A stretch of 64,000 nucleotides of DNA from Eubacteriales bacterium (GTDB lineage: Bacteria > Bacillota > Clostridia > Oscillospirales > CAG-382): assembly GCA_045533335.1 (NCBI GenBank), contig JAZSHQ010000055.1:1713-65712 (forward strand). Reading direction: 5' to 3'. The notes beneath the pieces were generated by a model. That model saw only the letters and a list, made by a program, of their open reading frames with translations, was not told the origin of the DNA and ran no database searches. Shown here in pieces: positions 8,252-16,977 of this stretch (position 1 is the stretch's first letter; every line of letters begins with the position of its first letter). The translations under genes were made by a program, and so were the position numbers.

Positions 8252-9994
8252 ATGATACGCGAATTTATAAAATATTACAAGCCACACAAAAAGCTGTTTA
8301 TGTTCGATATGTTCTGCTCGTTCCTTATCGCATTAACAGACCTTTTTTATCCGATCATTACCAAAAACATAATTAACGATTACGTACCCAACCGCAATTT
8401 GCGCCTTGTACTTACTTGGGCGGGAATAATACTTGTTTTATATCTTGCGAAAATGGGGCTTAATTATTTTGTTTCCTATTGGGGACACGTCGTCGGCGTG
8501 CGTATGCAGGGCGATATGCGTAAGGATATGTTCGCGCACCTGCAAAAGCTTCCCTTTTCCTTCTTCGACGAAAACAAAACCGGCACGGTAATGTCACGCC
8601 TTATTAACGACCTTATGGACGTTTCCGAGCTTGCGCACCACGGGCCCGAGGATTTGTTCCTTTCGATAATAATGTTCATCGGCTCGTTTATCGCGCTTTC
8701 GACGATAAATATCTGGCTCACGCTTATTATTTACGCGCTTATCCCCTTCGTTGTGTTTTTCTCGGTAAAAATGCGAAAAAGAATGAAGGACGCCTTCACC
8801 CGCACGCGCGAAGAGGTTGCAGAGGTAAACGCAAACGTAGAAACCTCTATTTCGGGCATACGCGTTTCGCGCGCTTATACGAGCGAAAGCCACGAAATAA
8901 ACAAGTTCGACAAAGCAAACGAACGCTTTAAGACCGCGCGCGGATTTGCCTATAAGGCTATGGGTCAGTTCCACTCGACAATGACCTTCTTTACCGACTT
9001 TTTATACCTCGCGGCACTCGTTGCGGGCGGTATATTCTTCTATAACGGCTATGCCGACCCGAGCGGCGCGTTTTCTATCGACAGCGGCGAATTTGCGGCG
9101 TTCATACTTTATATGGCAATGCTTTTAAAGCCGATAAACCGCTTTATTTCGCTTTTCGAGCAGCTGCAAAACGGTATGACCGGCTTTTCGCGCTTCCGCG
9201 AGATCATGGAACAACCGATTGAAGCCGAAAGCGAAACCGCCAAAGAGCTTACAAACGCACGCGGCGACATTGCTTTTGAAAACGTTTCCTTTTCCTACCC
9301 CACGGGCGACACGGGCAAGGGCGTTCTTACAAACCTTTCGCTTAAGATCGATTCGGGCAAAACCATTGCCTTGGTAGGCCCTTCGGGCGGCGGCAAAACC
9401 ACGCTTTGCAACCTTATTCCCCGATTTTACGAGCTCGACAGCGGAAAAATAACCATAGACGGCAACGATATTACCGAGCTTACCCGCTATTCGCTCCGCC
9501 GCAATATCGGCATTGTGGCGCAGGACGTTTTCCTTTTCTCGGGCACCGTGCGCGAAAATATTGCCTACGGCAATCTCGATGCGAGCGAGGAAGAGATCAT
9601 CGAAGCGGCAAAGCGCGCAAACATTCACGATTATATTATGACGCTCGAAAAGGGCTACGACACTAAAGTAGGCGAGCGCGGAATAAATCTTTCGGGCGGA
9701 CAGAAACAAAGAATATCCATAGCACGCGTATTTCTTAAAAATCCCCCTATTCTTATTCTCGACGAAGCGACCAGCGCGCTCGACAACGTTACCGAAATGC
9801 AGATTCAGGCATCCTTAGAAGAGCTTGCAAAGGGCAGAACGGTTATCGTCGTGGCGCACCGCTTGTCGACCATTCAAAGCGCCGACGAAATACTCGTTAT
9901 CAACCAAGACGGCATCGCCGAGCGCGGCACGCACGAGCAGCTTTTGCAGGCAAACGGCATTTACGCAGGGCTTTACAACAGAAGAAATATGTAA
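8252..9994 (+). CDS. ABC transporter, fused permease/ATP-binding protein (MsbA/MDR-type exporter)
   Basis: A six-helix TMD is followed by an NBD with Walker A GPSGGGKTT, signature LSGGQKQR and Walker B ILILDEATSALD. The start is set at ATG 8252 (MIREFIKYY), preceded by a GAGGGA SD. Confidence 0.9.
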   Translation: MIREFIKYYKPHKKLFMFDMFCSFLIALTDLFYPIITKNIINDYVPNRNLRLVLTWAGIILVLYLAKMGLNYFVSYWGHVVGVRMQGDMRKDMFAHLQKLPFSFFDENKTGTVMSRLINDLMDVSELAHHGPEDLFLSIIMFIGSFIALSTINIWLTLIIYALIPFVVFFSVKMRKRMKDAFTRTREEVAEVNANVETSISGIRVSRAYTSESHEINKFDKANERFKTARGFAYKAMGQFHSTMTFFTDFLYLAALVAGGIFFYNGYADPSGAFSIDSGEFAAFILYMAMLLKPINRFISLFEQLQNGMTGFSRFREIMEQPIEAESETAKELTNARGDIAFENVSFSYPTGDTGKGVLTNLSLKIDSGKTIALVGPSGGGKTTLCNLIPRFYELDSGKITIDGNDITELTRYSLRRNIGIVAQDVFLFSGTVRENIAYGNLDASEEEIIEAAKRANIHDYIMTLEKGYDTKVGERGINLSGGQKQRISIARVFLKNPPILILDEATSALDNVTEMQIQASLEELAKGRTVIVVAHRLSTIQSADEILVINQDGIAERGTHEQLLQANGIYAGLYNRRNM

Positions 9995-10000
9995 AAAGAA

Positions 10001-10034
10001 AGTACGTTGTTTCCTTAGAAACAGCGTACTTTTG
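10001..10034. terminator. Bidirectional rho-independent terminator between convergent genes
   Basis: The stem AGTACGTTGTTTC / GAAACAGCGTACT has A-rich sequence 5' and T-rich sequence 3'. Confidence 0.7.
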
Positions 10035-10271
10035 TTATTTGAACAGTTCTTCGAGCTCTACGCCGAAAACCTTCGAAATAGCGATAAGCTCTATATCCGT
10101 AACAGTACGGGTTTGGTCCTCGACTCTCGATATCGAGCCGCGACAGATATATACCCCGAGCAGTTCCAATTTAACGGAAAGCTCTTGTTGGCTCATGCCG
10201 TTTTGCTTTCGCAACCGCCTTACGTTTTCGCCGATTAAATTCAACTTTTCTCCGTCTATAATACGAGCCAT
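10035..10271 (-). CDS. XRE-family helix-turn-helix transcriptional regulator
   Basis: 78 aa with the classic HTH_3 sequence IGENVRRLRKQNGMSQQELSVKLELLGVYICRGSISRVE. Confidence 0.85.
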   Translation of the reverse strand: MARIIDGEKLNLIGENVRRLRKQNGMSQQELSVKLELLGVYICRGSISRVEDQTRTVTDIELIAISKVFGVELEELFK

Positions 10272-10290
10272 AGCGACCTCACAACCTTTA

Positions 10291-11166
10291 TTACATATAC
10301 AGCTTTAAGGTCTTTTCTATCCAATAATCGAACTTCGTGTTCGGGCAAAGGTATTCGAGCGATTTAAAGCGCTTATATGCCTCCACACCGTCGGAGGGGT
10401 CGTGCCAGATATCGGCGAAAATATAATCAAAATTGCGTGCAGGCGCTTGCTTTTCGGCAAATTCAAAGGCATCGGCGCAAACAATTTCGATTTTTTCTTT
10501 ATTTTCAAAGCAAGGAAGAAGCATATCCTTAAAAAGCGAAATAACGCTTTCGTCGCGCTCGACAACGGTAACGCTTTCCACCTCGCTCTTTCTTGCGCAC
10601 ATAAAGGCGAAATAACCCAAGCCGAGACCGTACGTGCACACCCTGCCGCGCGCCTTTTTTATCGGTGTGCGCTGGGTAACAAGCTCGTTCGGCATCATCG
10701 TCATCCATTCCCTGCCGTTTTGCAAAACCGAAAGAAACTTAAATTCGCAATCGAAATAGCCGATCTGCGGAATTATTCTGCCGTCGGGTAAGGTAAGCGG
10801 GTCGTCGCAGACAAACGCGGTAAAGGGCGCGAGAATATCGGTGCGGAGCTCCCATTCGTTAAGCCGTTTTCCGCTGTTTATCCTTACCGCCTTGTAATAG
10901 GGGTCTTCGGTGAAAAGCTTTTCGTCTAAATGATGAAGCATAAAGGGGGCGTATGCTTCCCAGATTTCGCGGTCGGCTTCCAGCTCGGTATCAAACCCGA
11001 GCGCGGCGCATATAAGAAGCGAAAACGACTCCTCTACCGAAAGACCGTAGTTTTCGGTAAGCTCCTTTACCATTTCATCGGTAACAAAATCGGGGCGGTT
11101 GTTTAACAGTATCGCCAAGCGTTCGAACATCAACCCGTTCGCACGCTTTATTTCATCGTAGGTCAT
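10291..11166 (-). CDS. Hypothetical protein with a class-I SAM-methyltransferase / spermidine-synthase-like fold
   Basis: 291 aa. It has a glycine-rich motif-I-like VCTYGLGLGYF, an acidic strand end VVERD, and ADAFEF...FDYIFADIWHD. Confidence 0.6.
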   Translation of the reverse strand: MTYDEIKRANGLMFERLAILLNNRPDFVTDEMVKELTENYGLSVEESFSLLICAALGFDTELEADREIWEAYAPFMLHHLDEKLFTEDPYYKAVRINSGKRLNEWELRTDILAPFTAFVCDDPLTLPDGRIIPQIGYFDCEFKFLSVLQNGREWMTMMPNELVTQRTPIKKARGRVCTYGLGLGYFAFMCARKSEVESVTVVERDESVISLFKDMLLPCFENKEKIEIVCADAFEFAEKQAPARNFDYIFADIWHDPSDGVEAYKRFKSLEYLCPNTKFDYWIEKTLKLYM

Positions 11167-11354
11167 ACGCTCACCCTTGCCCTTTCGCGGCTGTTACGCG
11201 TTTTTCTCTATTAAATTATAAGCTTTTGAATAATAAAGTCAAGCAAAAGCGTAATTTTTTGCCTTTTATAACAATTTCATCACAAATGTGATTTATAATT
11301 GCAAGAAAGTATGTTATAATAAGTGCAGTTACTGCAAAGGCGGTGAAAATTTTT

Positions 11355-12002
11355 ATGGCGAAAATCCTTATCGTAGAGGACGAGCGTCCGATACGCAACC
11401 TTATTCAGCGCAATTTGGAGCTTGTCGGTCACACCTGCGTGGGCTTGAGCGACGGAAAAGACGCGCTTGAAATTATGGAAAGCGACAGATTCGACCTTAT
11501 GATATTCGACATTATGCTCCCGCACGCCTCGGGCTACGAGCTTATAACCCACGCGAGCGGAACACCCGTTATTTTCGTAACGGCGAAGGAGGGCATAAAC
11601 GACAGATTAAAGGGGCTTTCCTTGGGCGCGGACGATTACATTGTAAAGCCGTTCGAGATACAGGAGCTTCTTTTGCGCGTGCGCGCGGTTTTGCGCCGCA
11701 CCAAAAAAGAGGACGAAAGGCTTAATTTCGACGACGTGACTATCGACTTTTCGGCGAAGAAGGTGTTCCGTTCCGGCAGCGAGGTAATTCTTACCCCAAA
11801 GGAATATTCCCTGCTCGAAACGCTTATTCTTAACCGAAACATCGCCCTCTCGCGCGAGAAGCTTATTGCGCTCGTATGGGGTTATGATTACGAGGGCGAC
11901 ACCCGCACCGTCGACGTGCATATACGTCAGCTTCGCGCAAAACTCGGTCTTTCGGAACGCTTAAAGACACTTTACAAGACAGGATACAGGTTTGAACTAT
12001 GA
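11355..12002 (+). CDS. OmpR/PhoB-family response regulator
   Basis: Receiver domain (ILIVEDE, FDLMIFDIMLP, VTAK) plus a winged-helix C-terminus (LTPKEYSLLETL, RTVDVHIRQLRAKL). ATG 11355 is preferred over the track start GTG 11343. Confidence 0.9.
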   Translation: MAKILIVEDERPIRNLIQRNLELVGHTCVGLSDGKDALEIMESDRFDLMIFDIMLPHASGYELITHASGTPVIFVTAKEGINDRLKGLSLGADDYIVKPFEIQELLLRVRAVLRRTKKEDERLNFDDVTIDFSAKKVFRSGSEVILTPKEYSLLETLILNRNIALSREKLIALVWGYDYEGDTRTVDVHIRQLRAKLGLSERLKTLYKTGYRFEL

Positions 12003-13366
12003 GATTCAAGGACAAAACCTATCTTATATCGCTCGTGCTCTTTTTGCTGTTTTTCAATATCGGCATCTTTTCGCTCGCCTATTACACACAGCAGAAAAAC
12101 ATAGACGCCGCCGAACAGCTTGCAAAGTCGGAGCAAAGCGTTATTGCCAAATCCTTCGAGGACGATATTACCTATCTCGGCAACATCGGCAGAGCGCAGG
12201 TTATGGATTCCTACGGCAGCTATTACATCGAAAAGGATATCGGGCTTTGCTTCTATTCGTTCATCGACGGCGAAACAAAATACACCAACCTGCCCAAAGG
12301 CTCGGTCATTCCCGCAAGCGGCGGCTCTTCGACACAGCGCATTAACGGAAGGCGCATACTTTTTATAAGCGAAACCGTAGCAAACGGGCAGTATCGGTTA
12401 ACCTACGCGAAGGATATAACCTATCTCGACGAGGATTTTAAAAACCTTTCGATAGTTTATATCTGCACCTCGCTGGGTGCCTCGGCTCTGCTCGCGCTTA
12501 TACTTTTCTTCGTGCTTCACAAGCTTTCCGGCCCGCTCGAGCGTTTGAGCAAGGCAACGCAGGAATTTGCAAACGGCAATTACGCAACACGCGCCGACGA
12601 ATCGGGCAGGGACGAATTTTCGCTCCTTGCCGCCGATTTTAACCGTATGGCGGAGCATATAAGCGTTCAGATGAACGAGCTTGAAGAAAACGCCGAAATA
12701 AAACAGCGTATGCTCGATAACCTCGCGCACGAAATGCGAACACCGCTTACCTCTATTCGCGGCTATGCCGAATATCTGCTTAACGCAAATATAAACGAGG
12801 ACGAAAAAATAGAGGCTACCGAATTTATAATAAGCGAAGCCGAGCGATTAAAGCTTATAAGCGAGCGATTGCTCGACGACGCATTTATACGCGAAAACGG
12901 AATTCAGCCCGAAAACACAAATTTAGGCGAGATTGCGGCAAACGCCGTTAAAAAGCTGTCGTTTACCGCGGCTTCGAACGGCGTCGAGCTTCGCGTTGCG
13001 GCAAAAAGCGTTTACTGTGTGTGCGATTCCTTGCTTGTTGGAATGGCGGTCACAAACCTTATCGGCAACGCGATAAAGGCGTGCAAGGGCGGAGGCAAGG
13101 TCGAAATCGGCTGTTACGCCGAGGAAGAAAGCGCGGTTATTTACGTGCGCGACAACGGAATCGGTATGACCGAAGAACAGCTGGCGCGCATTACCGAGCC
13201 GTTTTACCGCACCGACAAATCGCGCAACCGCGCAGACGGCGGCACCGGATTGGGGCTTGCTTTATGCGACCGTATCGCAAAGGCGCACGGCGCGGAATTG
13301 CGCTTTGAATCGAAGCTCGGCGAGGGCACGGTTGCAACGATTCGCTTTACGGGCGAACAAAAATAA
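11999..13366 (+). CDS. Sensor histidine kinase (two TM helices, HAMP, HisKA, HATPase_c)
   Basis: H-box LAHEMRTPLTSIRGYAEYL, N-box NLIGNAIKA, and G-boxes DNGIGM and GGTGLGLA are present. It overlaps the response-regulator stop by 4 nt. Confidence 0.9.
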   Translation: MRFKDKTYLISLVLFLLFFNIGIFSLAYYTQQKNIDAAEQLAKSEQSVIAKSFEDDITYLGNIGRAQVMDSYGSYYIEKDIGLCFYSFIDGETKYTNLPKGSVIPASGGSSTQRINGRRILFISETVANGQYRLTYAKDITYLDEDFKNLSIVYICTSLGASALLALILFFVLHKLSGPLERLSKATQEFANGNYATRADESGRDEFSLLAADFNRMAEHISVQMNELEENAEIKQRMLDNLAHEMRTPLTSIRGYAEYLLNANINEDEKIEATEFIISEAERLKLISERLLDDAFIRENGIQPENTNLGEIAANAVKKLSFTAASNGVELRVAAKSVYCVCDSLLVGMAVTNLIGNAIKACKGGGKVEIGCYAEEESAVIYVRDNGIGMTEEQLARITEPFYRTDKSRNRADGGTGLGLALCDRIAKAHGAELRFESKLGEGTVATIRFTGEQK

Positions 13367-13408
13367 CTTTTACAAATCTCTAATATTTCCCGAACAAATC
13401 CAGAATAT
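13365..13408 (+). promoter_or_regulatory. Conserved upstream blocks (AACTTTTACAAAT ... CCCGAACAAATCCAGAATAT) shared with 15815-15858; candidate response-regulator site or promoter
   Basis: Both blocks recur with identical spacing (24 nt between block starts, 61 nt from block 2 to the ATG) upstream of the paralogue at 15900. They contain ACAAAT direct repeats 22 nt apart. Confidence 0.3.
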
Positions 13409-13449
13409 CGCGGGTTTAAGCTACCTTCACAGAAAGGAGGAGTGTTTAT

Positions 13450-14304
13450 ATGAAAAGCAAAACACTCGCATTGATAACGGCGGCTCTTATTACCGCGGCG
13501 GCTCTTGTTCTTACCGCAGGGCTTTCGCTGCTCGATACCTCGGCGATCGATGATTCTACGGCAGAATCGGCGGCGGACAGCGGAACTGTCGGCGCAGAGC
13601 TCAACGACGAACTTCCCGCACCCGAAACCGAAGCGGACGACGCACCCACCGCGGACGCTCCCGCAGAATACCCCGACACTACCCTTCCCGCGCTCGATAC
13701 GCTTGCTGTGGTAACAACCTCGGATGAAACCGGCTACGACCACCCCGGCTTTGAATACGTTATCTGGAAGGATATCGTTATCGACGTATTCGAACACAAA
13801 ACAGGCAAGCTTGTCGGTCAGGTATGGCTTACCGAGGACGAGCTTTACGACGAATTCTGCAAGATCTTCGAAGCCGATTTCGATTACACCGCAGAGCTTT
13901 TCGACCCCCACAACCCCGAAGACGTTCCCGTTTATATTCCCGAAGCGGAATACCGTGTTGAATTTTATTGGGTACACCGCCTTACCGAAAGAGCAAGCGG
14001 TTGCTGCGGCAGCCTTGCGTTCTCCTACGGTGTAGAAGACAACGAAATTTACGAATTCACCCAAACCGGCTATCCTCTCGGCAACGGCGAAACGGTTATC
14101 GCGTTTATGGAATCGCTCGTTGCAGAAAAGATAGCACAGCTTGAAAACGGTGTTAACGACGATATTGCGGCAGAGGAATCCTTTGCACACATCATCGGCT
14201 TCGACGGCGAAAACAGCTGCTGGAACGGCACCACCCTTCCCTCGGGAGAATTTCTTCCCGGTGTACCCCGCTACACCGAAAGATTCCCCTATATTGAAGA
14301 TTAA
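13450..14304 (+). CDS. Secreted or membrane-anchored hypothetical protein, paralogue 1 (C-terminus ERFPYIED)
   Basis: 284 aa with GGAGG SD, N-terminal signal/anchor MKSKTLALITAALITAAALVLTAG, an acidic D/E/P/T linker and a conserved C-terminal domain. It is a paralogue of 15900-16835. Confidence 0.8.
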   Translation: MKSKTLALITAALITAAALVLTAGLSLLDTSAIDDSTAESAADSGTVGAELNDELPAPETEADDAPTADAPAEYPDTTLPALDTLAVVTTSDETGYDHPGFEYVIWKDIVIDVFEHKTGKLVGQVWLTEDELYDEFCKIFEADFDYTAELFDPHNPEDVPVYIPEAEYRVEFYWVHRLTERASGCCGSLAFSYGVEDNEIYEFTQTGYPLGNGETVIAFMESLVAEKIAQLENGVNDDIAAEESFAHIIGFDGENSCWNGTTLPSGEFLPGVPRYTERFPYIED

Positions 14305-14345
14305 TTCCCTCCTTACTAATTAGTTTTTATCCCATCCCCTTACGC

Positions 14346-14381
14346 AAAAGGACTCGGTTTTTCACCGAGTCCTTTTGTTTT
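14346..14381 (+). terminator. Rho-independent terminator
   Basis: The stem AGGACTCGG / CCGAGTCCT is followed by TTTTGTTTT. Confidence 0.8.
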
Positions 14382-14394
14382 ATGATAAAATACG

Positions 14395-14431
14395 TTGAGA
14401 GAAAAACTTTTTAAAAAAGTTTTTCTCTCAA
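14395..14431. repeat. Near-perfect 37-nt AT-rich palindrome
   Basis: TTGAGAGAAAAACTTTTT / AAAAAGTTTTTCTCTCAA has 18-bp arms and a 1-nt centre. It lies between convergent genes and is followed by two shorter palindromes (AAAATCGA..TCGATTTT, CTGCCG..CGGCAG). Confidence 0.8.
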
Positions 14432-14556
14432 ACTCTCTTTTCAAAAACCTTTACAGCAAAATCGAATTTATCGATTTTGAAAATATACAAAAACTGCCGT
14501 TACGGCAGACCGCCTTTTGGATATACCTTTTTAAAAGAGCAAATTCCGTTTTTGTT

Positions 14557-15714
14557 TTATTCGGGTTTTTTAATAGTGTCCTTAATGTTATCGTAGATAT
14601 ACTGCGCGAAGGTCTTATAGGTTTCGTCCTTCGGATGCAAGCCGTCGGTGAATACCTCCTTATGCTCCTTCGACCACGGGAACATATCTACCGTTTGAAG
14701 GTTGCGTTCCTTTGCTATCTGCACGAGCAAGGGGTGGGCATACTTAACGATGTTTGCCGTCCACGCTTCTGCGTTCCAGCCGTCTGCGCCGACCTTGAAG
14801 AGCGATGCGGGAAGGATCATAATTATCTGAACGTCGGGGTTTGCCTTTTCGTAAGCGTCGAGCAGGTCGTTGGTGCTCTTTATAAATACGTTCGTTCTGT
14901 CGTACTGCGGGTCTTCCCAATTTTTATAGGGCTGGTCGGGGGTGGGGTTTGCGTCGTTCGTGCCGAGCGCGAAAAGCACAACGTCGGGGCGAAGCTCGCG
15001 CGATTCGGTGAACTGCTTGGACTTGTGGTATGCGTATCCGTCGATATTACATATCGAATAGCCGCTCAAGCCCGCGTTAAGAACGTAATAATCGTAACCG
15101 AGCATTTCCTGAATATACGCGGGGTAGGTCTTGTTCTTCGGGTCGGTGGAGTTAATACCCTGTGTAATACTGTCGCCGACGCAGGCAACCTTTATTATCT
15201 TCTTTTCTCCGCTTACTTCCATATCCGTAAATACTCCGTCTTGGGATTCCTTTATTTTATTAAGCAAAGCTTCGCTTCCCGCGCTGCAACCCTGCGGGTA
15301 GGAGCTTGCAACAAGCACCTTGCTTCCCTTTATAACAAGCTTGTAGCCGCCGTAGCCGTAATCGGCTTTGTTTTCCGCCGTAATATCGCGATTTGCCGCA
15401 AGACCGAAAATGATTTCGTTTTCCTTCGCGGGGAAGGTCTCGTCGCGGCAGGTAAGGGTTACATCGAAGGTTTCCTTTACGTAGCTTACGAAACTCTTTG
15501 CAAGCGTTTTATAGTCACAGCCAACGCCTTCGTTTTTATAAACAACGGTGAATTCCGAAAGTTCGATACCGTTTATCACAGGGGTTTTCGTGGGGAGCGA
15601 TTCCTCGGCAGAGGTTTCGTCGGGTGCCGACGGGCTTTCGCCGCCTTCTCCGCAAGCCGCGAAGGAAACGAGCATAAGCATACAAAGCAGCATACATAGA
15701 ATTTTCTTTTTCAT
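14557..15714 (-). CDS. SGNH/GDSL-family hydrolase lipoprotein (esterase)
   Basis: 385 aa with lipobox LVSFAAC. SGNH blocks VACVGDSITQG (I), LGTNDA (III) and TDGLHP (V) are present. Confidence 0.85.
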   Translation of the reverse strand: MKKKILCMLLCMLMLVSFAACGEGGESPSAPDETSAEESLPTKTPVINGIELSEFTVVYKNEGVGCDYKTLAKSFVSYVKETFDVTLTCRDETFPAKENEIIFGLAANRDITAENKADYGYGGYKLVIKGSKVLVASSYPQGCSAGSEALLNKIKESQDGVFTDMEVSGEKKIIKVACVGDSITQGINSTDPKNKTYPAYIQEMLGYDYYVLNAGLSGYSICNIDGYAYHKSKQFTESRELRPDVVLFALGTNDANPTPDQPYKNWEDPQYDRTNVFIKSTNDLLDAYEKANPDVQIIMILPASLFKVGADGWNAEAWTANIVKYAHPLLVQIAKERNLQTVDMFPWSKEHKEVFTDGLHPKDETYKTFAQYIYDNIKDTIKKPE

Positions 15715-15814
15715 AATATCCTCCGTTCGCCGTGTTTTTTCTCTACGGCGTATATACGCAGTTTATAACATAGCTTGCGATTTGTCAATGCCCGAAGCGA
15801 ATAGAGGCTCTTTT

Positions 15815-15858
15815 AACTTTTACAAATTCATAACAATACCCGAACAAATCCAGAATAT
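15815..15858 (+). promoter_or_regulatory. Second copy of the conserved upstream blocks (see 13365-13408)
   Basis: AACTTTTACAAAT lies at 15815-15827 and CCCGAACAAATCCAGAATAT at 15839-15858. A TACAAT -10-like hexamer lies at 15867-15872. Confidence 0.3.
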
Positions 15859-15899
15859 TAAGGCTTTACAATACCGTTACAGAAAGGAGGAGTGTTTAT

Positions 15900-16835
15900 A
15901 TGAAAAGCAAAACACTCGCATTGATAACCGCGGCGCTTATCACCGCTTCCGCGCTTATCCTTACCGCGGGGCTTTCTCTGCTTAACACCTCTGCTATCGA
16001 CGAATCACTTGCCGAATCGACAGCCGACAACGGCAGCTTCGGCGCGGAGATCAACGAAGGCGCGGCAGACGAAAACTACCCCGTTATCGAGGATGACCCC
16101 ATCGAAGGCGCACCCACCGATGAAATTCCCGCTTACGACCCTCCCGCAAGCGAAGAGGGCGGCTTTGAAGACGAAGAGCCCGAAACCTTCCCCCCGATAA
16201 CCGAAAACTACCCCGTTATCAAGGACGAGCCTATTGAGGACGCGCCCACCGACGAAATTCCCGCTTACCCCGCTTATGAATACACCGTAGGCGACCCGAG
16301 AAACGTTTACGTCGGCGGCGGCGAAGGCGGCGAGGACGTCAGCAAGGGCGTTGTTATCGACGTTTATTCCCACAAAACGGGCAAGCTTGTCGGTCAGTTG
16401 GCGTTCACCTCCGAGGAGATCACAAGCTATATCAGCTCGCTTATGCGTGAAGAATTCAAGCCCGAAAACGAGCTTTGGATCGAAGAAAAGGTAAGCTGTG
16501 TCGCTCTTCCCGAGGGCGATTACAGAATCGAAGTCTACGCAGGCACTTGGTTCTCTTATACCTACGGAACAAGCGGCATTTTCGAGCTTACTCAATGCAC
16601 GCTCACCTTCCGCGGCGGTGAAAAGCTTACCGGCTATATCGATTTCCTTATCGCAGACCTTATTGCGGATATCGAAGCAGGTAGTATCGAAGCTCCCGCC
16701 CCCGAAATGGCTGTTTCCAAGCTCGAATACGGCGGTCTTGAAGGCTATTGGGAAGGCTATTACAACGACGTTTGCAATATGTATATTCCCGGCGCCGGCA
16801 GATGGTGCGAACGCTTCCCCTATATCGAGGAATAG
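15900..16835 (+). CDS. Secreted or membrane-anchored hypothetical protein, paralogue 2 (C-terminus ERFPYIEE)
   Basis: 311 aa. The first ~50 nt of coding sequence and the SD region are near-identical to 13429-13500. An internal tandem repeat ENYPVI(E/K)D(D/E)PIE(G/D)APTDEIPAY occurs twice. Confidence 0.8.
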   Translation: MKSKTLALITAALITASALILTAGLSLLNTSAIDESLAESTADNGSFGAEINEGAADENYPVIEDDPIEGAPTDEIPAYDPPASEEGGFEDEEPETFPPITENYPVIKDEPIEDAPTDEIPAYPAYEYTVGDPRNVYVGGGEGGEDVSKGVVIDVYSHKTGKLVGQLAFTSEEITSYISSLMREEFKPENELWIEEKVSCVALPEGDYRIEVYAGTWFSYTYGTSGIFELTQCTLTFRGGEKLTGYIDFLIADLIADIEAGSIEAPAPEMAVSKLEYGGLEGYWEGYYNDVCNMYIPGAGRWCERFPYIEE

Positions 16836-16837
16836 AG

Positions 16838-16938
16838 GAGTTATGATTGCCCTTCGGGCAAGTTATGAGTTATGAGTTATGAGTTAATAACGCTTGCGAA
16901 AGCAAGCTCATAACTGTTGCGAAGCAACTTCATAACTC
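16838..16938 (+). repeat. Extragenic repeat cluster: GAGTTAT heptamers plus three short tetraloop/triloop hairpins, directly after a stop codon
   Basis: GAGTTATGATTGCCCTTCGGGCAAG (16838-16862) is identical to the rc of the 5861-5887 region. It is followed by TTATGAG x3, GCTTGC-GAAA-GCAAGC, GTTGC-GAA-GCAAC and CTCATAAC spacers. Confidence 0.85.
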
Positions 16939-16945
16939 TAAACTT

Positions 16946-16976
16946 AAAAAGAGCTGTTTTGCACAGCTCTTTTTTT
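16946..16976. terminator. Bidirectional rho-independent terminator
   Basis: The sequence is AAAAAGAGCTGTTTTGCACAGCTCTTTTTTT, with stem GAGCTGT / ACAGCTC flanked by A and T tracts. It lies between convergent genes. Confidence 0.85.
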
Positions 16977-16977
16977 A

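Noticed and set aside
10035-11166. XRE regulator plus upstream 291-aa gene as a toxin-antitoxin pair
   Set aside because: The 291-aa protein looks like a methyltransferase-fold enzyme, not a known toxin. The genes are separated by 19 nt without coupling signals, so there is no support beyond adjacency.
13204-15699. 328-aa (minus, 13204-14190) and 434-aa (plus, 14395-15699) ORFs
   Set aside because: They are antisense to the HK/paralogue-1 genes and to the SGNH esterase gene respectively. The second starts inside the 37-nt palindrome. Neither has motifs.
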